NCBI GenBank assembly: GCA_963668025.2
Contig: CAXXTH010000021.1
Coordinates: 1 to 64,000 of the forward strand
Direction of reading: 5' to 3'
From: Candidatus Hydrogenedentota bacterium
GTDB taxonomy: Bacteria; Hydrogenedentota; Hydrogenedentia; Hydrogenedentales; SLHB01
Length of the DNA stretch: 64,000 nucleotides
Shown piece by piece: positions 1 through 11,038 of this stretch (within the stretch, counting starts at the first letter, position 1; each line of letters begins with the position of its first letter). The notes beneath the pieces are model-generated. The model worked only from the letters and a program-made list of their open reading frames with translations, was not told where the DNA came from and ran no database searches. Both the position numbers and the translations under genes were made by a program.

Positions 1-2
1 GC

Positions 3-716
3 AAAGCCTTCGCGGACTACATCCGCAAACTGGACCCCTATAAGCATCCCATTGTCATTCATACGTTCCCCAGCGAAAGGGATCAAGTCTACGGTAGCTT
101 GCTGGGATACCCGGCCATCGACGGCCCTTCGCTTCAACTGGCTCACATGGATGAGACCCACGCGGAAACCATCCAATGGGTGCGGCGTTCCGCCGAGGCG
201 GGCAAGCCGTGGTTTGTCTACCTGGATGAAATTGGCCCGCCCGACGTGGGCGTCCGAGCGGATGCCGATGATCCCTGCCACGACAACGTCCGCATACACG
301 CCCTCTGGGGAAACCTCATGGGCGGCGGAGCGGGATGCGAATGGTTTTTCCAAAGCGATATCCATTGCGAAGACTGGCGCTTGCGTGACCATATGTGGGA
401 CCAGACGCGCATCGCCCTTGAATTCTTCCAGAAACACCTCCCATTCACGGACATGCAGCCCCATGATGAATTGATCACAACTGGACAAGCCTGGTGCCTG
501 GCCAAACCGGGGCAGGTCTATGTGGTCTATGCCTTTGGAGAAGAACCTGTACAACTGAAGTTCGAAAAAGGCCGCTATCAAGTCTCATGGTACGACCCGC
601 AAACAGGTGGAGAACTAATTCCAGGCATCTCGGTGAAAGGACCAGGGCCTCAGAACTTGGGAAACCCTCCAAATAGCGCCAGGAAAGACTGGGCCATTTT
701 GGTGAAGAAAAAATGA
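3..716 (+). CDS. 5'-truncated DUF5060/DUF4038-type protein with C-terminal putative collagen-binding-like domain
   Basis: Frame is open from the window edge (KAFADYIRKLDPYKHPIVIHT...). The C-terminus WCLAKPGQVYVVY...WYDPQTG...DWAILVK is typical of this domain. Confidence 0.65.
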   Translation, partial: KAFADYIRKLDPYKHPIVIHTFPSERDQVYGSLLGYPAIDGPSLQLAHMDETHAETIQWVRRSAEAGKPWFVYLDEIGPPDVGVRADADDPCHDNVRIHALWGNLMGGGAGCEWFFQSDIHCEDWRLRDHMWDQTRIALEFFQKHLPFTDMQPHDELITTGQAWCLAKPGQVYVVYAFGEEPVQLKFEKGRYQVSWYDPQTGGELIPGISVKGPGPQNLGNPPNSARKDWAILVKKK

Positions 717-815
717 GATATCCGCGAAAAACCGGCCCGTCATGAAAATCCTGCCCCCAAAAAGGCTGCCCTTTCGGGACATGCCTTTCTGTATGCATTC
801 AATGGCCCCTGTCCA

Positions 816-2177
816 CAGGGCAATCGCATTAAAACGACCATGCTCCGGTATATGGCCCCGCTGCCTGACCTAAGCCCGCAGTTCTTTCTGCAGTCCTTTG
901 TACCTCGCACTGTCCCCATTTCTTTCTCTTGGTAGTCAAGGGGTACATTTTCTCGGTATTATTAGTTAGATAATAATCTATTGATATGATATCTTGCGTC
1001 CATGGCCTCACAGAAAGGAGAATGGACCCATGGACGCGAATCAAAACCTGTTTTTCCTTCACTTCGGACAGATCGATGACCCTCGTCTGGAGCGCAAGAA
1101 GCGGCACAGCCTGATTGACATCATCGCCATCACCATATGCGCGGTCATCGCGGGAGCCGATGGGTGGACACACATCGAGGAATTCGGCAGAGCCAAGGAA
1201 GAGTGGCTGCGCACATTCCTCAAACTCGAAAATGGCATTCCTTCCCACGATACCTTCGGGCGCTTCTTTTCCCTGCTCAACCCCACGGTCTTCCAGCAGT
1301 GTTTCATTAATTGGGTCCGGGCGCTCCAGCCACAGGTGGAAGGCGTTGTCGCGATTGACGGCAAGACGGCACGCCGCTCGCACGACCAAACCCAAGGCAA
1401 GAAGGCCATCCACGTGGTGAGCGCTTGGGCCACGAGCAATGGGCTGTCCTTGGGGCAGACCAAAGTGAACGATAAGTCCAACGAAATCACCGCTATCCCT
1501 GAATTGATCAAGCTCTTGGAACTGCGAGGCTGTCTGATTACCATCGACGCCATGGGCTGTCAACGGGAAATCGCCCAGACGATTGTCGACGCCGGTGCAG
1601 ACTACTTGCTGGCGGTCAAGGGCAATCAGGAAACCCTTGCCGAGGATGTGGAACAGGAGTTCAAAGAGGCAATGGCCCAGGATTTCGCCCACATGGACCA
1701 CCAGTATTACGAAACCCTCGAAAAGAACCACGGGCGCACGGAAAAACGCCAGTATTGGCTCACAAAGGATATTGCAGGATTAGGCCCCCTCGAACGCTGG
1801 CCCCAGCTGGCTGCCATGGCCATGTGCCGGGCCACCCGCACCGTCAAAGGCGAAACCTCCATCGAAGATCGCTTCTTCATCACCAGCAACACCCATGGCA
1901 ATGTGGAGAAAATCGCCACGGCCATCCGCGCTCACTGGCAAGTGGAGAATTGCCTGCACTGGGTGCTCGACGTCGCCTTCGACGAGGACCAATGCCGTAT
2001 TCGGGCCGGCTATGCCGCTGAAAACCTGGCCACCATACGCCGATTGGCATTGAACGCCCTCAAAGCCGATAAGACCACAAAGGTCGGCGTAAAGACCAAA
2101 CGAAAACGAGCCGGCTGGGATACCGACTATCTCTGTAAAACCCTTATGGTAACCTGAGTTTTAATGCGATTGCCCTA
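816..2177 (+). mobile_element. ISAs1-family insertion sequence
   Basis: Terminal inverted repeats CAGGGCAATCGCATTAAAAC (816-835) and GTTTTAATGCGATTGCCCTA (2158-2177) match 19/20 and enclose the transposase. Confidence 0.92.
1030..2157 (+). CDS. ISAs1-family (H-repeat associated) DDE transposase
   Basis: Motifs DPR, GIPSHDTF, AIDGK, KSNEI, TIDAMGCQ, HWQVENCLHWVLDVAFDED; RBS AAAGGAG upstream. Confidence 0.95.
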   Translation: MDANQNLFFLHFGQIDDPRLERKKRHSLIDIIAITICAVIAGADGWTHIEEFGRAKEEWLRTFLKLENGIPSHDTFGRFFSLLNPTVFQQCFINWVRALQPQVEGVVAIDGKTARRSHDQTQGKKAIHVVSAWATSNGLSLGQTKVNDKSNEITAIPELIKLLELRGCLITIDAMGCQREIAQTIVDAGADYLLAVKGNQETLAEDVEQEFKEAMAQDFAHMDHQYYETLEKNHGRTEKRQYWLTKDIAGLGPLERWPQLAAMAMCRATRTVKGETSIEDRFFITSNTHGNVEKIATAIRAHWQVENCLHWVLDVAFDEDQCRIRAGYAAENLATIRRLALNALKADKTTKVGVKTKRKRAGWDTDYLCKTLMVT

Positions 2178-2237
2178 CCTATACAAGATTTCCAGAACTC
2201 CAGGCAATTACTGGAATCGGAAGAGATAAACCACTAG

Positions 2238-2621
2238 CTATTCTTGAAGTGTCTTGAAACGATCACCAAAGGCCTTTGACTCGAGGAAGCAGTTCATGAG
2301 CACATCGGTGCGAAGCGATTTGACTGTTTGCGTTTCTCCTGATTGGAGATACTGATATATGTATTCAACCTCACCAGACAACAAGTCGTGATAGAACTCC
2401 TTGGGCTTGTCGCCTTTGGCCAGAAAGGGCTCATAATCCTCCTTTTCTAGTTGCTGGCTGAGATAGCAACCGAGTTCATCGAGGCTGAGTTGGGATAGCT
2501 TGAATTCCTCCTCCATGAGAAACCCGAACAGAACTATTTCAAGGTTCCATATGGCCCACCAATCATCCGGGACGCCGATGCTCTTGGATGTGAACGCGTA
2601 AAACATCTCATATCTCTCCAA
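2238..2621 (-). CDS. Hypothetical acidic protein immediately downstream of pgi
   Basis: 127-aa ORF with GGAG SD-like sequences. The start may be the ATG at 2606. No recognisable motif. Confidence 0.5.
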   Translation of the reverse strand: MERYEMFYAFTSKSIGVPDDWWAIWNLEIVLFGFLMEEEFKLSQLSLDELGCYLSQQLEKEDYEPFLAKGDKPKEFYHDLLSGEVEYIYQYLQSGETQTVKSLRTDVLMNCFLESKAFGDRFKTLQE

Positions 2622-2632
2622 GCTCCGAAATC

Positions 2633-4273
2633 CTACCTCATCCGCTTATACGCATTGATCAAGCCATTAGTCGATGCGTCGTGGCTGGATATTTCCTCGC
2701 CGCCTTCGAGTTCCGGCAGGATGGCCTTGGCGAGTTGTTTGCCCAGTTCCACGCCCATCTGGTCAAACGAGTTCACGTTCCAGATGACGCCTTGCGTGAA
2801 AATCTTGTGTTCATACAGGGCGATGAGCATGCCCAGGCTGTAGGGCGTCAACTCGCGGAACAGGAGCGAATTGGTCGGCTTGTTGCCTTGGAACGTTTTG
2901 GCCCGGGCGAGGCGGCCGAGTTCTTCGCAGGAGAGGCCCGTCGCGGAGAGTTCCGCGCGCGCTTCCGCTTCCGTCTTACCCTTCATGAGGGCCTCTGTCT
3001 GGGCGAAGAAATTCGACAAAAGTAGCGTGTGGTGTTTGCCTACGGGGTTCAGCGTGCGTGCCGGGGCGATGAAATCGCACGGGATGAGCTTCGTGCCCTG
3101 GTGGATGAGCTGGTAAAACGCATGCTGGCCGTTCGTGCCCGGTTCGCCCCAGATGACCGGGCCCGTGGAATAGTCCACGAATTGGCCGTCTTTGGTGACG
3201 CTCTTGCCGTTGCTCTCCATATCGCCCTGCTGGAAATAGGCGGGGAAGCGGTAGAGGTACTGGTCATACGGCAATATCGCGTGGCTCTCCGCGCCGAAGA
3301 AGTTGTTGTACCATACACCGAGGAGCGCCAGAATAACGGGCAGGTTTTTCTCGAAGGGCGCGGTGCGGAAATGCTCGTCCATGCTGTGGGCGCCCGACAG
3401 CAACTCATCGAACCGGTCCATGCCGATGGAAAGGGCGATGGGTAGGCCGATGGCCGACCACGACGAATAACGCCCGCCCACCCAATCCCAGAACTCGAAC
3501 ATGTTGTCCGTGCTGATGCCGAACTCGCTGACCGCCTCGGCGTTGGTGCTCAAGGCCACGAAGTGTTTCGCCACGGCGGATGCATCCTTCGCCGTCGCGA
3601 GGAACCAATCGCGGGCCGTGTGGGCGTTGGCCATGGTTTCCTGGGTCGTGAAGGTCTTCGACGCCACGATGAATAACGTGGTCTCCGGATTCAACGGTTT
3701 GAGGGTCTCGGCCATGTGTGTGCCGTCCACATTCGAGACAAAATGGGCGTGCAAGCCAGGCTGGGCGTAATGCGCCAAGGCGCTTGTAATCATCATGGGG
3801 CCCAAATCCGAGCCGCCGATGCCGATGTTCACGACGTCCGTGATGGCCTTTCCAGTGAAACCCTTCCATTCCCCTGAACGCACGGAGTTGGAGAACGCCC
3901 GCATTTTATCGAGGACGCGGTTCACCTTGGGCATCACATCCTCGCCATCGACATGGATAGGCCGGTTCGAGCGGTTGCGCAGGGCGATATGCAGCACGGC
4001 CCGCTTCTCGGTCACATTGATCTTTTGGCCGGAGAACATGGCTTCGATGGCATCGGAGAGACCGGCTTGGCGCGCTAAATCCATCAGCAGCGCCATCGTT
4101 TTATCATTAATCCTGTTTTTCGAGTAATCCAGCAAGAGATCTTCAAGTTGGATGGAATAGCGTTCAAATCGGTTGGTATCCTGGGCAAATAAATCCCGCA
4201 TATGGAGCGGGGCCATTTCTGAATAATGAAATGCCAAGGCCATCCAAGCCTTTGATTGAGTTAGATTTGACAT
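2633..4273 (-). CDS. pgi: Glucose-6-phosphate isomerase
   Basis: [56 protein letters not shown]. Confidence 0.99.
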   Translation of the reverse strand: MSNLTQSKAWMALAFHYSEMAPLHMRDLFAQDTNRFERYSIQLEDLLLDYSKNRINDKTMALLMDLARQAGLSDAIEAMFSGQKINVTEKRAVLHIALRNRSNRPIHVDGEDVMPKVNRVLDKMRAFSNSVRSGEWKGFTGKAITDVVNIGIGGSDLGPMMITSALAHYAQPGLHAHFVSNVDGTHMAETLKPLNPETTLFIVASKTFTTQETMANAHTARDWFLATAKDASAVAKHFVALSTNAEAVSEFGISTDNMFEFWDWVGGRYSSWSAIGLPIALSIGMDRFDELLSGAHSMDEHFRTAPFEKNLPVILALLGVWYNNFFGAESHAILPYDQYLYRFPAYFQQGDMESNGKSVTKDGQFVDYSTGPVIWGEPGTNGQHAFYQLIHQGTKLIPCDFIAPARTLNPVGKHHTLLLSNFFAQTEALMKGKTEAEARAELSATGLSCEELGRLARAKTFQGNKPTNSLLFRELTPYSLGMLIALYEHKIFTQGVIWNVNSFDQMGVELGKQLAKAILPELEGGEEISSHDASTNGLINAYKRMR

Positions 4274-4371
4274 GGTCGCGCCTCCGTTTGGTCCTCTTCG
4301 CGCGGACGCCGCGCGAAGAGGCCATTATGGCTTGTGGAAGAGGGTTGTTCAACTTGGAAAAGGCGGCTCCC

Positions 4372-4401
4372 TTGCGCAGGATAAGAAAAATATGCTAATA
4401 T
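4372..4401 (+). promoter_or_regulatory. Putative sigma70 promoter of the rimP-nusA-infB operon
   Basis: TTGCGC -35-like box, then an extended -10 TGcTAATAT. Confidence 0.4.
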
Positions 4402-4430
4402 GCTTCTCCAAGTGAGAGAAGTATTCGCTG

Positions 4431-4458
4431 GAGTGGGTGGATGCCCACTCTTTTTGTT
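4431..4458 (+). promoter_or_regulatory. rimP leader hairpin/attenuator
   Basis: GAGTGGG-TGGATG-CCCACTC followed by TTTTTGTT upstream of rimP; matches the widely conserved rimP leader motif. Confidence 0.7.
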
Positions 4459-4504
4459 GGTAAGGCCGTTGAAAAGAGGCATCCCGGAGGGTGCGCTTAT
4501 TGAT

Positions 4505-4972
4505 ATGGAGGGCGCCGTGGAACGAAGTGAGATCGTGCGGCGCACATGGGAGGCCCTTGAGCCGCATTTGGCGGAACAAGGGTACGAGCTAGTGGAGATC
4601 GCGTATGTCTGTGAAGGGCACCGCGCGACGTTGCGGCTTTTTATAGATAAGCAAGGCGGTTTTACGCTGAACGATTGCACTGCGGTGGCGCAACTGGTGA
4701 GCCCGTTGCTGGACGCCGCGGATTTTATCTCAAGCCGGTATTACCTTGAAGTAGGTTCGCCGGGCATTGATCGGCCGTTGCGGAAGCCAGCCGATTTCGA
4801 ACGCTTTATCGGCGAAAACGTCAAGGTGCGGGCGGTCGAGCCCGTGGAGGGGCGCAAGAAGTTTAAAGGCGTATTGACCGGATTTCGAGACGGGCTGATT
4901 GTCCTAGATTGCGGCGGGACGATCTGTGAGATTCATATCGAGAATCTCGAACGAGCCAATCTGGACCGCTAA
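4505..4972 (+). CDS. rimP: Ribosome maturation factor RimP
   Basis: LRLFIDK..DC..V, YYLEVGSPGIDRPL; located upstream of nusA. Confidence 0.95.
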   Translation: MEGAVERSEIVRRTWEALEPHLAEQGYELVEIAYVCEGHRATLRLFIDKQGGFTLNDCTAVAQLVSPLLDAADFISSRYYLEVGSPGIDRPLRKPADFERFIGENVKVRAVEPVEGRKKFKGVLTGFRDGLIVLDCGGTICEIHIENLERANLDR

Positions 4973-4979
4973 CCATAGA

Positions 4980-6164
4980 ATGGCCAGGGAGATAAAGGTG
5001 GACCCGAATCTTCAAATTATACTGCAGCAGTTGCAGGCGGAGAAAAGCGTAGACCGGGAAACGCTCCTGGAGGCTATTCGCAGTGCTCTCGAGAGTGCAG
5101 CGAGGAAAAGCTTCAGCCCGAACGCCGAAATCGCCGTGGATGTAGATCCGAACACGCTGGCATTCCGGGTTTTCGAAATCCGAACAGTGGTCGAGCAAGT
5201 CGAGGACAAGGCAGTCGAGATGAACCTCGAGGATGCGCGCGCGCTCAACTCGGATGTGCAGCTTGGAGATCGCCTCAAGGTGCCTACGGAGCCGAAAGAC
5301 TTCGGCCGTATTGCCGCGCAAACCGCAAAACAGGTCATCATTCAAAAATTGAAGGATGCCGAGCGCGAGAAGATCTTCGGTGAATTTAAAAACCGCCAGG
5401 GCGAATTGGTGACCGGCCTTGTCAAGCGCAATAGCCATGGTAATATTTATGTAACCATAGGCAAGGCGGAGGCGGTGCTTCCCCACCGGGAGCAGTCGCC
5501 TCGAGAGACGTTTAAGCCGGGCGACCGAATCCGGGCCTATATTCTCGAAGTGGAAAAGAGTCCTCGAGGCCCGCAAGTCGTGCTGTCCCGCACTACGCCG
5601 GAACTTGTGCGGGCATTGTTCGAGCTCGAGGTGCCGGAAATTTACGATGAGACTATCGAGATCAAAGGTATTGCACGCGAGCCGGGCAGCCGCACCAAAA
5701 TCGCCGTGCTGTCTCATGACGGGAATGTGGACGCCGTGGGCGCGTGCGTGGGCATGAAGGGCTCCCGCGTGCGGACCGTGGTCGAGGAATTATGCGGCGA
5801 AAAAATCGATATTGTGCGATGGAGCGATGATCCGGTCGAGATGTGCGGAAACGCGCTGAATCCCGCCGATATCATCGATATCACCATTGACGAAGAGAAT
5901 CGTGTGATTCTAGTGGTGGTGCCGCATGACCAGCTTTCGCTTGCCATCGGCAAACGCGGCCAGAACGCCCGGCTGGCTTCCCGGCTCATGGGATGGAATA
6001 TCGATATAAAGAGTGATAAACAATTGAGCGGAGAAGCTCCTGAAGAAAATATGGCCTTGGACGAAGGGCATGGTAGTACGCCATCGCCAGACACTGCTTT
6101 TGATGCGGCGCCGGAAGATCATCTTTCAGATGAGAATGGCGGCATGTTAGAAGAGGTGGAGTAG
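4980..6164 (+). CDS. nusA: Transcription termination/antitermination factor NusA
   Basis: FGRIAAQTAKQVI, AREPGSRTKIAV, GACVGMKGSRV, SLAIGKRGQNARLA. Confidence 0.98.
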   Translation: MAREIKVDPNLQIILQQLQAEKSVDRETLLEAIRSALESAARKSFSPNAEIAVDVDPNTLAFRVFEIRTVVEQVEDKAVEMNLEDARALNSDVQLGDRLKVPTEPKDFGRIAAQTAKQVIIQKLKDAEREKIFGEFKNRQGELVTGLVKRNSHGNIYVTIGKAEAVLPHREQSPRETFKPGDRIRAYILEVEKSPRGPQVVLSRTTPELVRALFELEVPEIYDETIEIKGIAREPGSRTKIAVLSHDGNVDAVGACVGMKGSRVRTVVEELCGEKIDIVRWSDDPVEMCGNALNPADIIDITIDEENRVILVVVPHDQLSLAIGKRGQNARLASRLMGWNIDIKSDKQLSGEAPEENMALDEGHGSTPSPDTAFDAAPEDHLSDENGGMLEEVE

Positions 6165-6264
6165 ACTTGCGTATGGGTGATATGCCGGTGTGACATCCAA
6201 CCCAAGATATGCTATAGTTATGATTTCTGTGTTGGCAGCCGATTCCGTTGGGGAGTAAGTATTT

Positions 6265-9200
6265 ATGCAGACAGTTCGCAGCTTGGCCGAGCGGCTTGAC
6301 ATGAGCGCCCAGGAGGCGGTCGAGAAGCTCCGCTATATGCTGTTCGAAGTCGAAGGCGTGGATTCTAAAATCACTGATGAACAGTGTGATTTGCTCATCG
6401 ATTCGGATGAGGACGAGAAAGTTGCGGAGCGCTATCGGCAAAAGCGCCAAAAAGAAATTGAAAAAGACCAAAAACGCAATGAACGGTTACGGCAAAATGC
6501 GGTGAAAGCCGCTGCAAAGCGCAAAGCCGACGCGGATAAAAAGCAGCCGGAAGGCGAAGAAACTGAAGCTAAGGCAAACGAGAGCGAAGAAACGCCCCCG
6601 GAGCAGCCAGAAGAAACATCGGAACCGATAGAGCCTGCGGAAGAATCCACACCGGTTATGGAACCGGTGGCGGTTGAGATTCCGCCCGTTGAAGCTCCAA
6701 AAGAAGATACGATTCACCCTGTAGCTGAACTATCTGAACCTATCGAGCCGAAAACCGCCGAAGTTGCTCCCGAAGAGATTCCACACGTGCAAAAAGCCCA
6801 TATGGCGGAAATTTTGCCGGCAAAAGAAAAGCCCAAAGCAAAAGAATCCGCTTTCCCTGCCCACACAGAAGCCGGAACGCCGGTGAAGGAGCCGAAGCCT
6901 TCTATTTCCATCGGCCGTGCAATCGAACGGGACGAACCCGTTGTCCAAATCCTTCGTGCGGATGGCACACCGGTTGAATCCCCGGAAGCCACTCTGGTGG
7001 AGCTGGAGCCAGAAGTCCAAGAAGAAGAAGAAACCGGATTGTTGGCGGAGGCGGAGCGCCAGCAAGAAGAAGAAGAGCGCCGCAAGCAGCTTGCCTTGGC
7101 GCGGCCGAAAGTCAAGCCGGATCCGGCTGTCGTCGCGGAAGTGCAGCGGAAAGCCGCTGAACGGCTTCAGAAAAAACGGGCCGCCGAGCGGGCGAAAGCG
7201 GGAGTCGCACCACCGCCGCCTGCCGCGCGCAGTGGCGAACGCACGCCTGCCGCACGTGGCGGCGAACGTACGCCTGCCGTACGCAGTGGTGGAGAACGCA
7301 GTCCGGAACGTGGCGGAGAACGCGGCGCGGAACGGCATACAGAGAAATCTCCCCATGCGAACGCCCCGCTTAAATCCGCCGGAAGCGGCAAGCCTACGGG
7401 CAAAACCGCTCGAAAACGCCTCAAGAAAGCAGACCGTGTGCGCGCCGAAGAAGGCAAGCGCCGCGATGCCGCCGCCGTGGTGCGGGAAATGCAAGCCATG
7501 GGCCCCGCAGGCATGCGGCAGCGCCGCCGCCGCACCCGTCGGGATGAGGGGCAAACTACGCCCGGTGAAGAGGTTGCGGCTCCCGTTATTATCGAGGTGG
7601 AAGATGCCCTAACGGTCGAGGAGCTGGCCAATCGTTTGGATGTGCCTGTAAATGACATCATTCTCGATCTGATGGACCTCAATGTGCTCGCCACTAAAAA
7701 TCAGGCGCTCGATATCGAGTTGATCCGCAAGGTAGCGGAGCCTCATGGCGCTGAAGTACGCTCCGTTATTCCAGAAGAAGAAACGCTGCTGGCTCCCGAG
7801 CCGGATAAACCCGAAGACCTTCAACACCGCGCCCCGGTGATTACCGTCATGGGCCATGTGGACCACGGCAAGACCACCTTGCTCGACCGCATCCGCAAAG
7901 CGAATGTAGCCGAAGGCGAAGTGGGCGGCATCACCCAGCATATCGCGGCGTACGAAGTGCAAGCGAGCACGGGGCGTGTCGTGTTTCTCGATACCCCGGG
8001 CCACGAGGCCTTCACGCAAATGCGCGCCCGAGGCGCCCAAATTACCGATGTGGTGGTGCTGGTCGTAGCGGCGGATGACGGCGTCATGCCGCAAACCCGC
8101 GAGGCCATCGACCACGCCCGCGCCGCTGGCGTGCCTATTGTGGTGGCCGTGAACAAATGCGACAAGCCTGACGCCCAGCCAGATCGCATCCGGCAAGAAC
8201 TCACCCAGTTCGAGCTGTTGAGCGAAGAATGGGGCGGCAACACCATTATGAAGAATATCTCCGCCAAGCTGGGCGAAGGCGTGGAAGACTTGATGGAGCT
8301 GCTCGCTCTTGAAGCGGAGCTGCTTGAATTAAAAGCGAATCCCAATAAACGCGCGCGCGGCGCTGTTATCGAATCCGAGATCTCGCGAGGGCAAGGCCCG
8401 GTGGCCTGGGTGCTGGTGCAAGAAGGCACGCTGCGTGTAGGCGATGTGTATATCGCCGGTAAAACGTATGGCCGTGTGCGCACCATGATGAATTCGCGCG
8501 GCGAACCGGTGCAAGAAGCCGGGCCCGCCACCCCGGTTGTCGTCACCGGATTTAGCGATCCGCCAGATGCGGGCGATCATTTCATTGTCATGGAAGAAGA
8601 GCGCGTGGCGCGCGCTATCGCCGCAAAACGCGGCGAGTTGGCGAAATTGAAACAAGACCGGGCGACGCGCCGCATTTCGCTCGAGAATTTCCATGAGCAA
8701 TTGCGTGCCGGTGAGAAGCAGGAGCTGCATGTAGTCCTCAAAGCCGATGTGCAAGGTTCGGTGGATGTATTCTCGTCGAGCTTGTCCAAGCTGGGCAATG
8801 AGGAAGTCAGCATCCACGTCGTCCACTCGGGCGTGGGCAGCATTAACGAATCCGACGTGCTGCTGGCCAGCGCCAGCAATGCCGTGGTGATAGGCTTCCA
8901 TGTGACCGCCAACACCCGCACCCAAAAGCTGGCCGAACAAGAAGGCGTGGATATTCGCTGCTACCAGATCATTTATGAAGCCCTGGAGGAGATCCGAAAG
9001 GCCCTCGAAGGCATGCTCGCCCCCGAGATGAAGGATGTGGTCACTGGCCACGCCGAGATCCGGCAGGTGTTCCGCTCTTCCGCCTTCGGCAATATTGCTG
9101 GCTGCTACGTGACGGATGGCGAGATCACGAGAGGCTCGCAGCTTCGCGTGGTGCGCGATGGCGTCGTGGTGCATGACAGCAAGATTGGCACGCTACGCCG

Positions 9201-9333
9201 GGGCAAAGACGATGCGCGGACCATCCAGACCGGCTTCGAGTGCGGAATCAAAGTCGATAATTTCGACGATATTAAAGAAGGCGATATTCTGGAGACCTAC
9301 CGCCTCGACTCGGTGGCTAAGACCCTCGAATAG
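6265..9333 (+). CDS. infB: Translation initiation factor IF-2 with long low-complexity N-terminus
   Basis: [44 protein letters not shown]. Confidence 0.99.
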   Translation: MQTVRSLAERLDMSAQEAVEKLRYMLFEVEGVDSKITDEQCDLLIDSDEDEKVAERYRQKRQKEIEKDQKRNERLRQNAVKAAAKRKADADKKQPEGEETEAKANESEETPPEQPEETSEPIEPAEESTPVMEPVAVEIPPVEAPKEDTIHPVAELSEPIEPKTAEVAPEEIPHVQKAHMAEILPAKEKPKAKESAFPAHTEAGTPVKEPKPSISIGRAIERDEPVVQILRADGTPVESPEATLVELEPEVQEEEETGLLAEAERQQEEEERRKQLALARPKVKPDPAVVAEVQRKAAERLQKKRAAERAKAGVAPPPPAARSGERTPAARGGERTPAVRSGGERSPERGGERGAERHTEKSPHANAPLKSAGSGKPTGKTARKRLKKADRVRAEEGKRRDAAAVVREMQAMGPAGMRQRRRRTRRDEGQTTPGEEVAAPVIIEVEDALTVEELANRLDVPVNDIILDLMDLNVLATKNQALDIELIRKVAEPHGAEVRSVIPEEETLLAPEPDKPEDLQHRAPVITVMGHVDHGKTTLLDRIRKANVAEGEVGGITQHIAAYEVQASTGRVVFLDTPGHEAFTQMRARGAQITDVVVLVVAADDGVMPQTREAIDHARAAGVPIVVAVNKCDKPDAQPDRIRQELTQFELLSEEWGGNTIMKNISAKLGEGVEDLMELLALEAELLELKANPNKRARGAVIESEISRGQGPVAWVLVQEGTLRVGDVYIAGKTYGRVRTMMNSRGEPVQEAGPATPVVVTGFSDPPDAGDHFIVMEEERVARAIAAKRGELAKLKQDRATRRISLENFHEQLRAGEKQELHVVLKADVQGSVDVFSSSLSKLGNEEVSIHVVHSGVGSINESDVLLASASNAVVIGFHVTANTRTQKLAEQEGVDIRCYQIIYEALEEIRKALEGMLAPEMKDVVTGHAEIRQVFRSSAFGNIAGCYVTDGEITRGSQLRVVRDGVVVHDSKIGTLRRGKDDARTIQTGFECGIKVDNFDDIKEGDILETYRLDSVAKTLE

Positions 9334-9359
9334 CGCCGGTGCGCCTGGAGAGCGCGGAG

Positions 9360-9641
9360 ATGACCATTGGCGTGCTGCGCATTGATCTTCTAGCTCCTGG
9401 TTCGCGTTCGCTCAAGGAAAAGCGGCGGGTCGTAAGCAGCCTTAAACAGCTCCTCCATAATCGGTTTAATTGTTCCGTGGCCGAAATCGGCGAGAAAGAC
9501 CTATGGGCCCGTGCGCAACTTGCTGTTTGCGTCGTAGGCGACGATAGCCGGTTTGTGAATGCGCAACTGAGCGAGATTATCCGCTTCGCGGAGAATAAAA
9601 GCGGCGCGCAAGTGATTGATTACCAAATTGAACTCTTGTAA
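9360..9641 (+). CDS. DUF503 (YlxP-like) protein
   Basis: SLKEKRRVV..L..RFNCSVAEI; conserved position between infB and rbfA. Confidence 0.9.
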   Translation: MTIGVLRIDLLAPGSRSLKEKRRVVSSLKQLLHNRFNCSVAEIGEKDLWARAQLAVCVVGDDSRFVNAQLSEIIRFAENKSGAQVIDYQIELL

Positions 9642-9681
9642 ATGAGGCTGCGGCGGAATGCGCGGCCCGCGTGGAAGCATC

Positions 9682-10071
9682 ATGCTGAATAAAAAATCAG
9701 GACGCCCGTTGCGGGCAGGCGAGCAAATCAAAAAAGAAATCGCCGAGCTCCTCATGAAAGGCGCTAAAGATCCGCGGATCGGATTCGTATCCGTCATGGA
9801 AGTCCGCATGTCGCCTGATTTGCGCGTGGCAAGTGTATATGTAAGCTTGTTTGGTTCCGAATCGGAGCGCAAAAGCTCCCTGATCGGTTTACAGCAGGCC
9901 GCCGGGTGGTTCCGCCGCGAAGTTGGGCAGCGGGTCCGGTTGCGCTATACGCCTGAGATCCGGTTCTTTGCCGATGATTCTCTCGACCGGGTGTTCCATC
10001 TGGAAGAAGTCATCCGGGAACTGCATGAATCTGAAGACGAGGGAGAGGAACCGCATGGGGAAGAGGAGTGA
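9682..10071 (+). CDS. rbfA: 30S ribosome-binding factor A
   Basis: KDPRIGFVSV.EVRMSPDLRVA, LRYTPEIRF..D.S. Confidence 0.96.
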   Translation: MLNKKSGRPLRAGEQIKKEIAELLMKGAKDPRIGFVSVMEVRMSPDLRVASVYVSLFGSESERKSSLIGLQQAAGWFRREVGQRVRLRYTPEIRFFADDSLDRVFHLEEVIRELHESEDEGEEPHGEEE

Positions 10072-11038
10072 TCTAGCGGAAATCGCCGCTATCCTCCGAG
10101 CCGGCGAATCCTTTTTGCTCACCAGCCATATCAATCCCGATGGCGACGCCGTAGGAAGCATGCTGGCCATGAAACGCTTGCTGGAAGCCATGGGCAAGCG
10201 GGATGTGGCCTGTACGCTGGCGGACCCTATCCCGGCTATTTATAGTTGGCTTCCAGGAGCCGGCTCTATCCAGCAATCCGATGGAACGCTCTCCACCCAA
10301 AAAATCGTGGTGCTGCTGGATGCTTCACGGCGTAGCCGTATGGGAAGCGTGGATGCCCTGCTGGGGCCAGATTCCCAACTGCTTGTTCTTGATCACCACG
10401 CCGATGAGGAGCCCGATGGCGACTTGATCGCGGGTGATGCGTCTTATGCGGCGACGGGTGAAGTCGTGGCCGAATTGTTTGAAGCCTGCGGCATCGATTT
10501 TGATCCCATCTCGGCGGAGGCGCTGTATGTGGCGATCACCACCGATACCGGCAGTTTCCGTTTTCCGAGCACCAGCCCGCGCACGCACCGCGTTGCCGCG
10601 AAATTGATGGAATACGGCGTGGATATCTCCCGTATTGCCTGCCGCGTTTTTGACAGCATGAGCCCGGAGCGTTTCCGCCTCATGGTGCGCGTGCTCGACC
10701 GCATGCGGATTACCGATGGCGGGCGGGTGGCGTATACGGAAGTGGATGAACTGGACCTCGAAGAGACGGGAGCCAAAAGCGAGGATCTGAATAATTTGGT
10801 CAATTATGGCCGGAACATAGATGGAGTCATAGTGTCAGTTTTATTTAAGCATAAAAATGGCTCGACAAAAGCCAGCTTGCGCAGCACGCCGGATTTCGAT
10901 GCGGCGCGCGTAGCGGCTTGTTTCGGCGGCGGCGGCCATAAAGCGGCGGCGGGCGCTACTCTCGAAATGCCTCTAGCCGAGGCCAGGGATACGGTCTTGG
11001 CATGCATTCGTACTACTCTCAAGGAGATAGCGCCATGA
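10055..11038 (+). CDS. nrnA: DHH/DHHA1 phosphoesterase (NrnA-like oligoribonuclease/PAP phosphatase)
   Basis: HINPDGDAVGS, LDHH, TDTGSF, GGGGHKAAAG. Confidence 0.9.
   Translation: MGKRSDLAEIAAILRAGESFLLTSHINPDGDAVGSMLAMKRLLEAMGKRDVACTLADPIPAIYSWLPGAGSIQQSDGTLSTQKIVVLLDASRRSRMGSVDALLGPDSQLLVLDHHADEEPDGDLIAGDASYAATGEVVAELFEACGIDFDPISAEALYVAITTDTGSFRFPSTSPRTHRVAAKLMEYGVDISRIACRVFDSMSPERFRLMVRVLDRMRITDGGRVAYTEVDELDLEETGAKSEDLNNLVNYGRNIDGVIVSVLFKHKNGSTKASLRSTPDFDAARVAACFGGGGHKAAAGATLEMPLAEARDTVLACIRTTLKEIAP

Noticed and set aside
829-1731. Long antisense ORFs (also 32782-34173, 39250-40479, 48194-49204, 59603-60550)
   Set aside because: These are shadows of well-supported genes on the opposite strand in high-GC DNA, with no motifs of their own.
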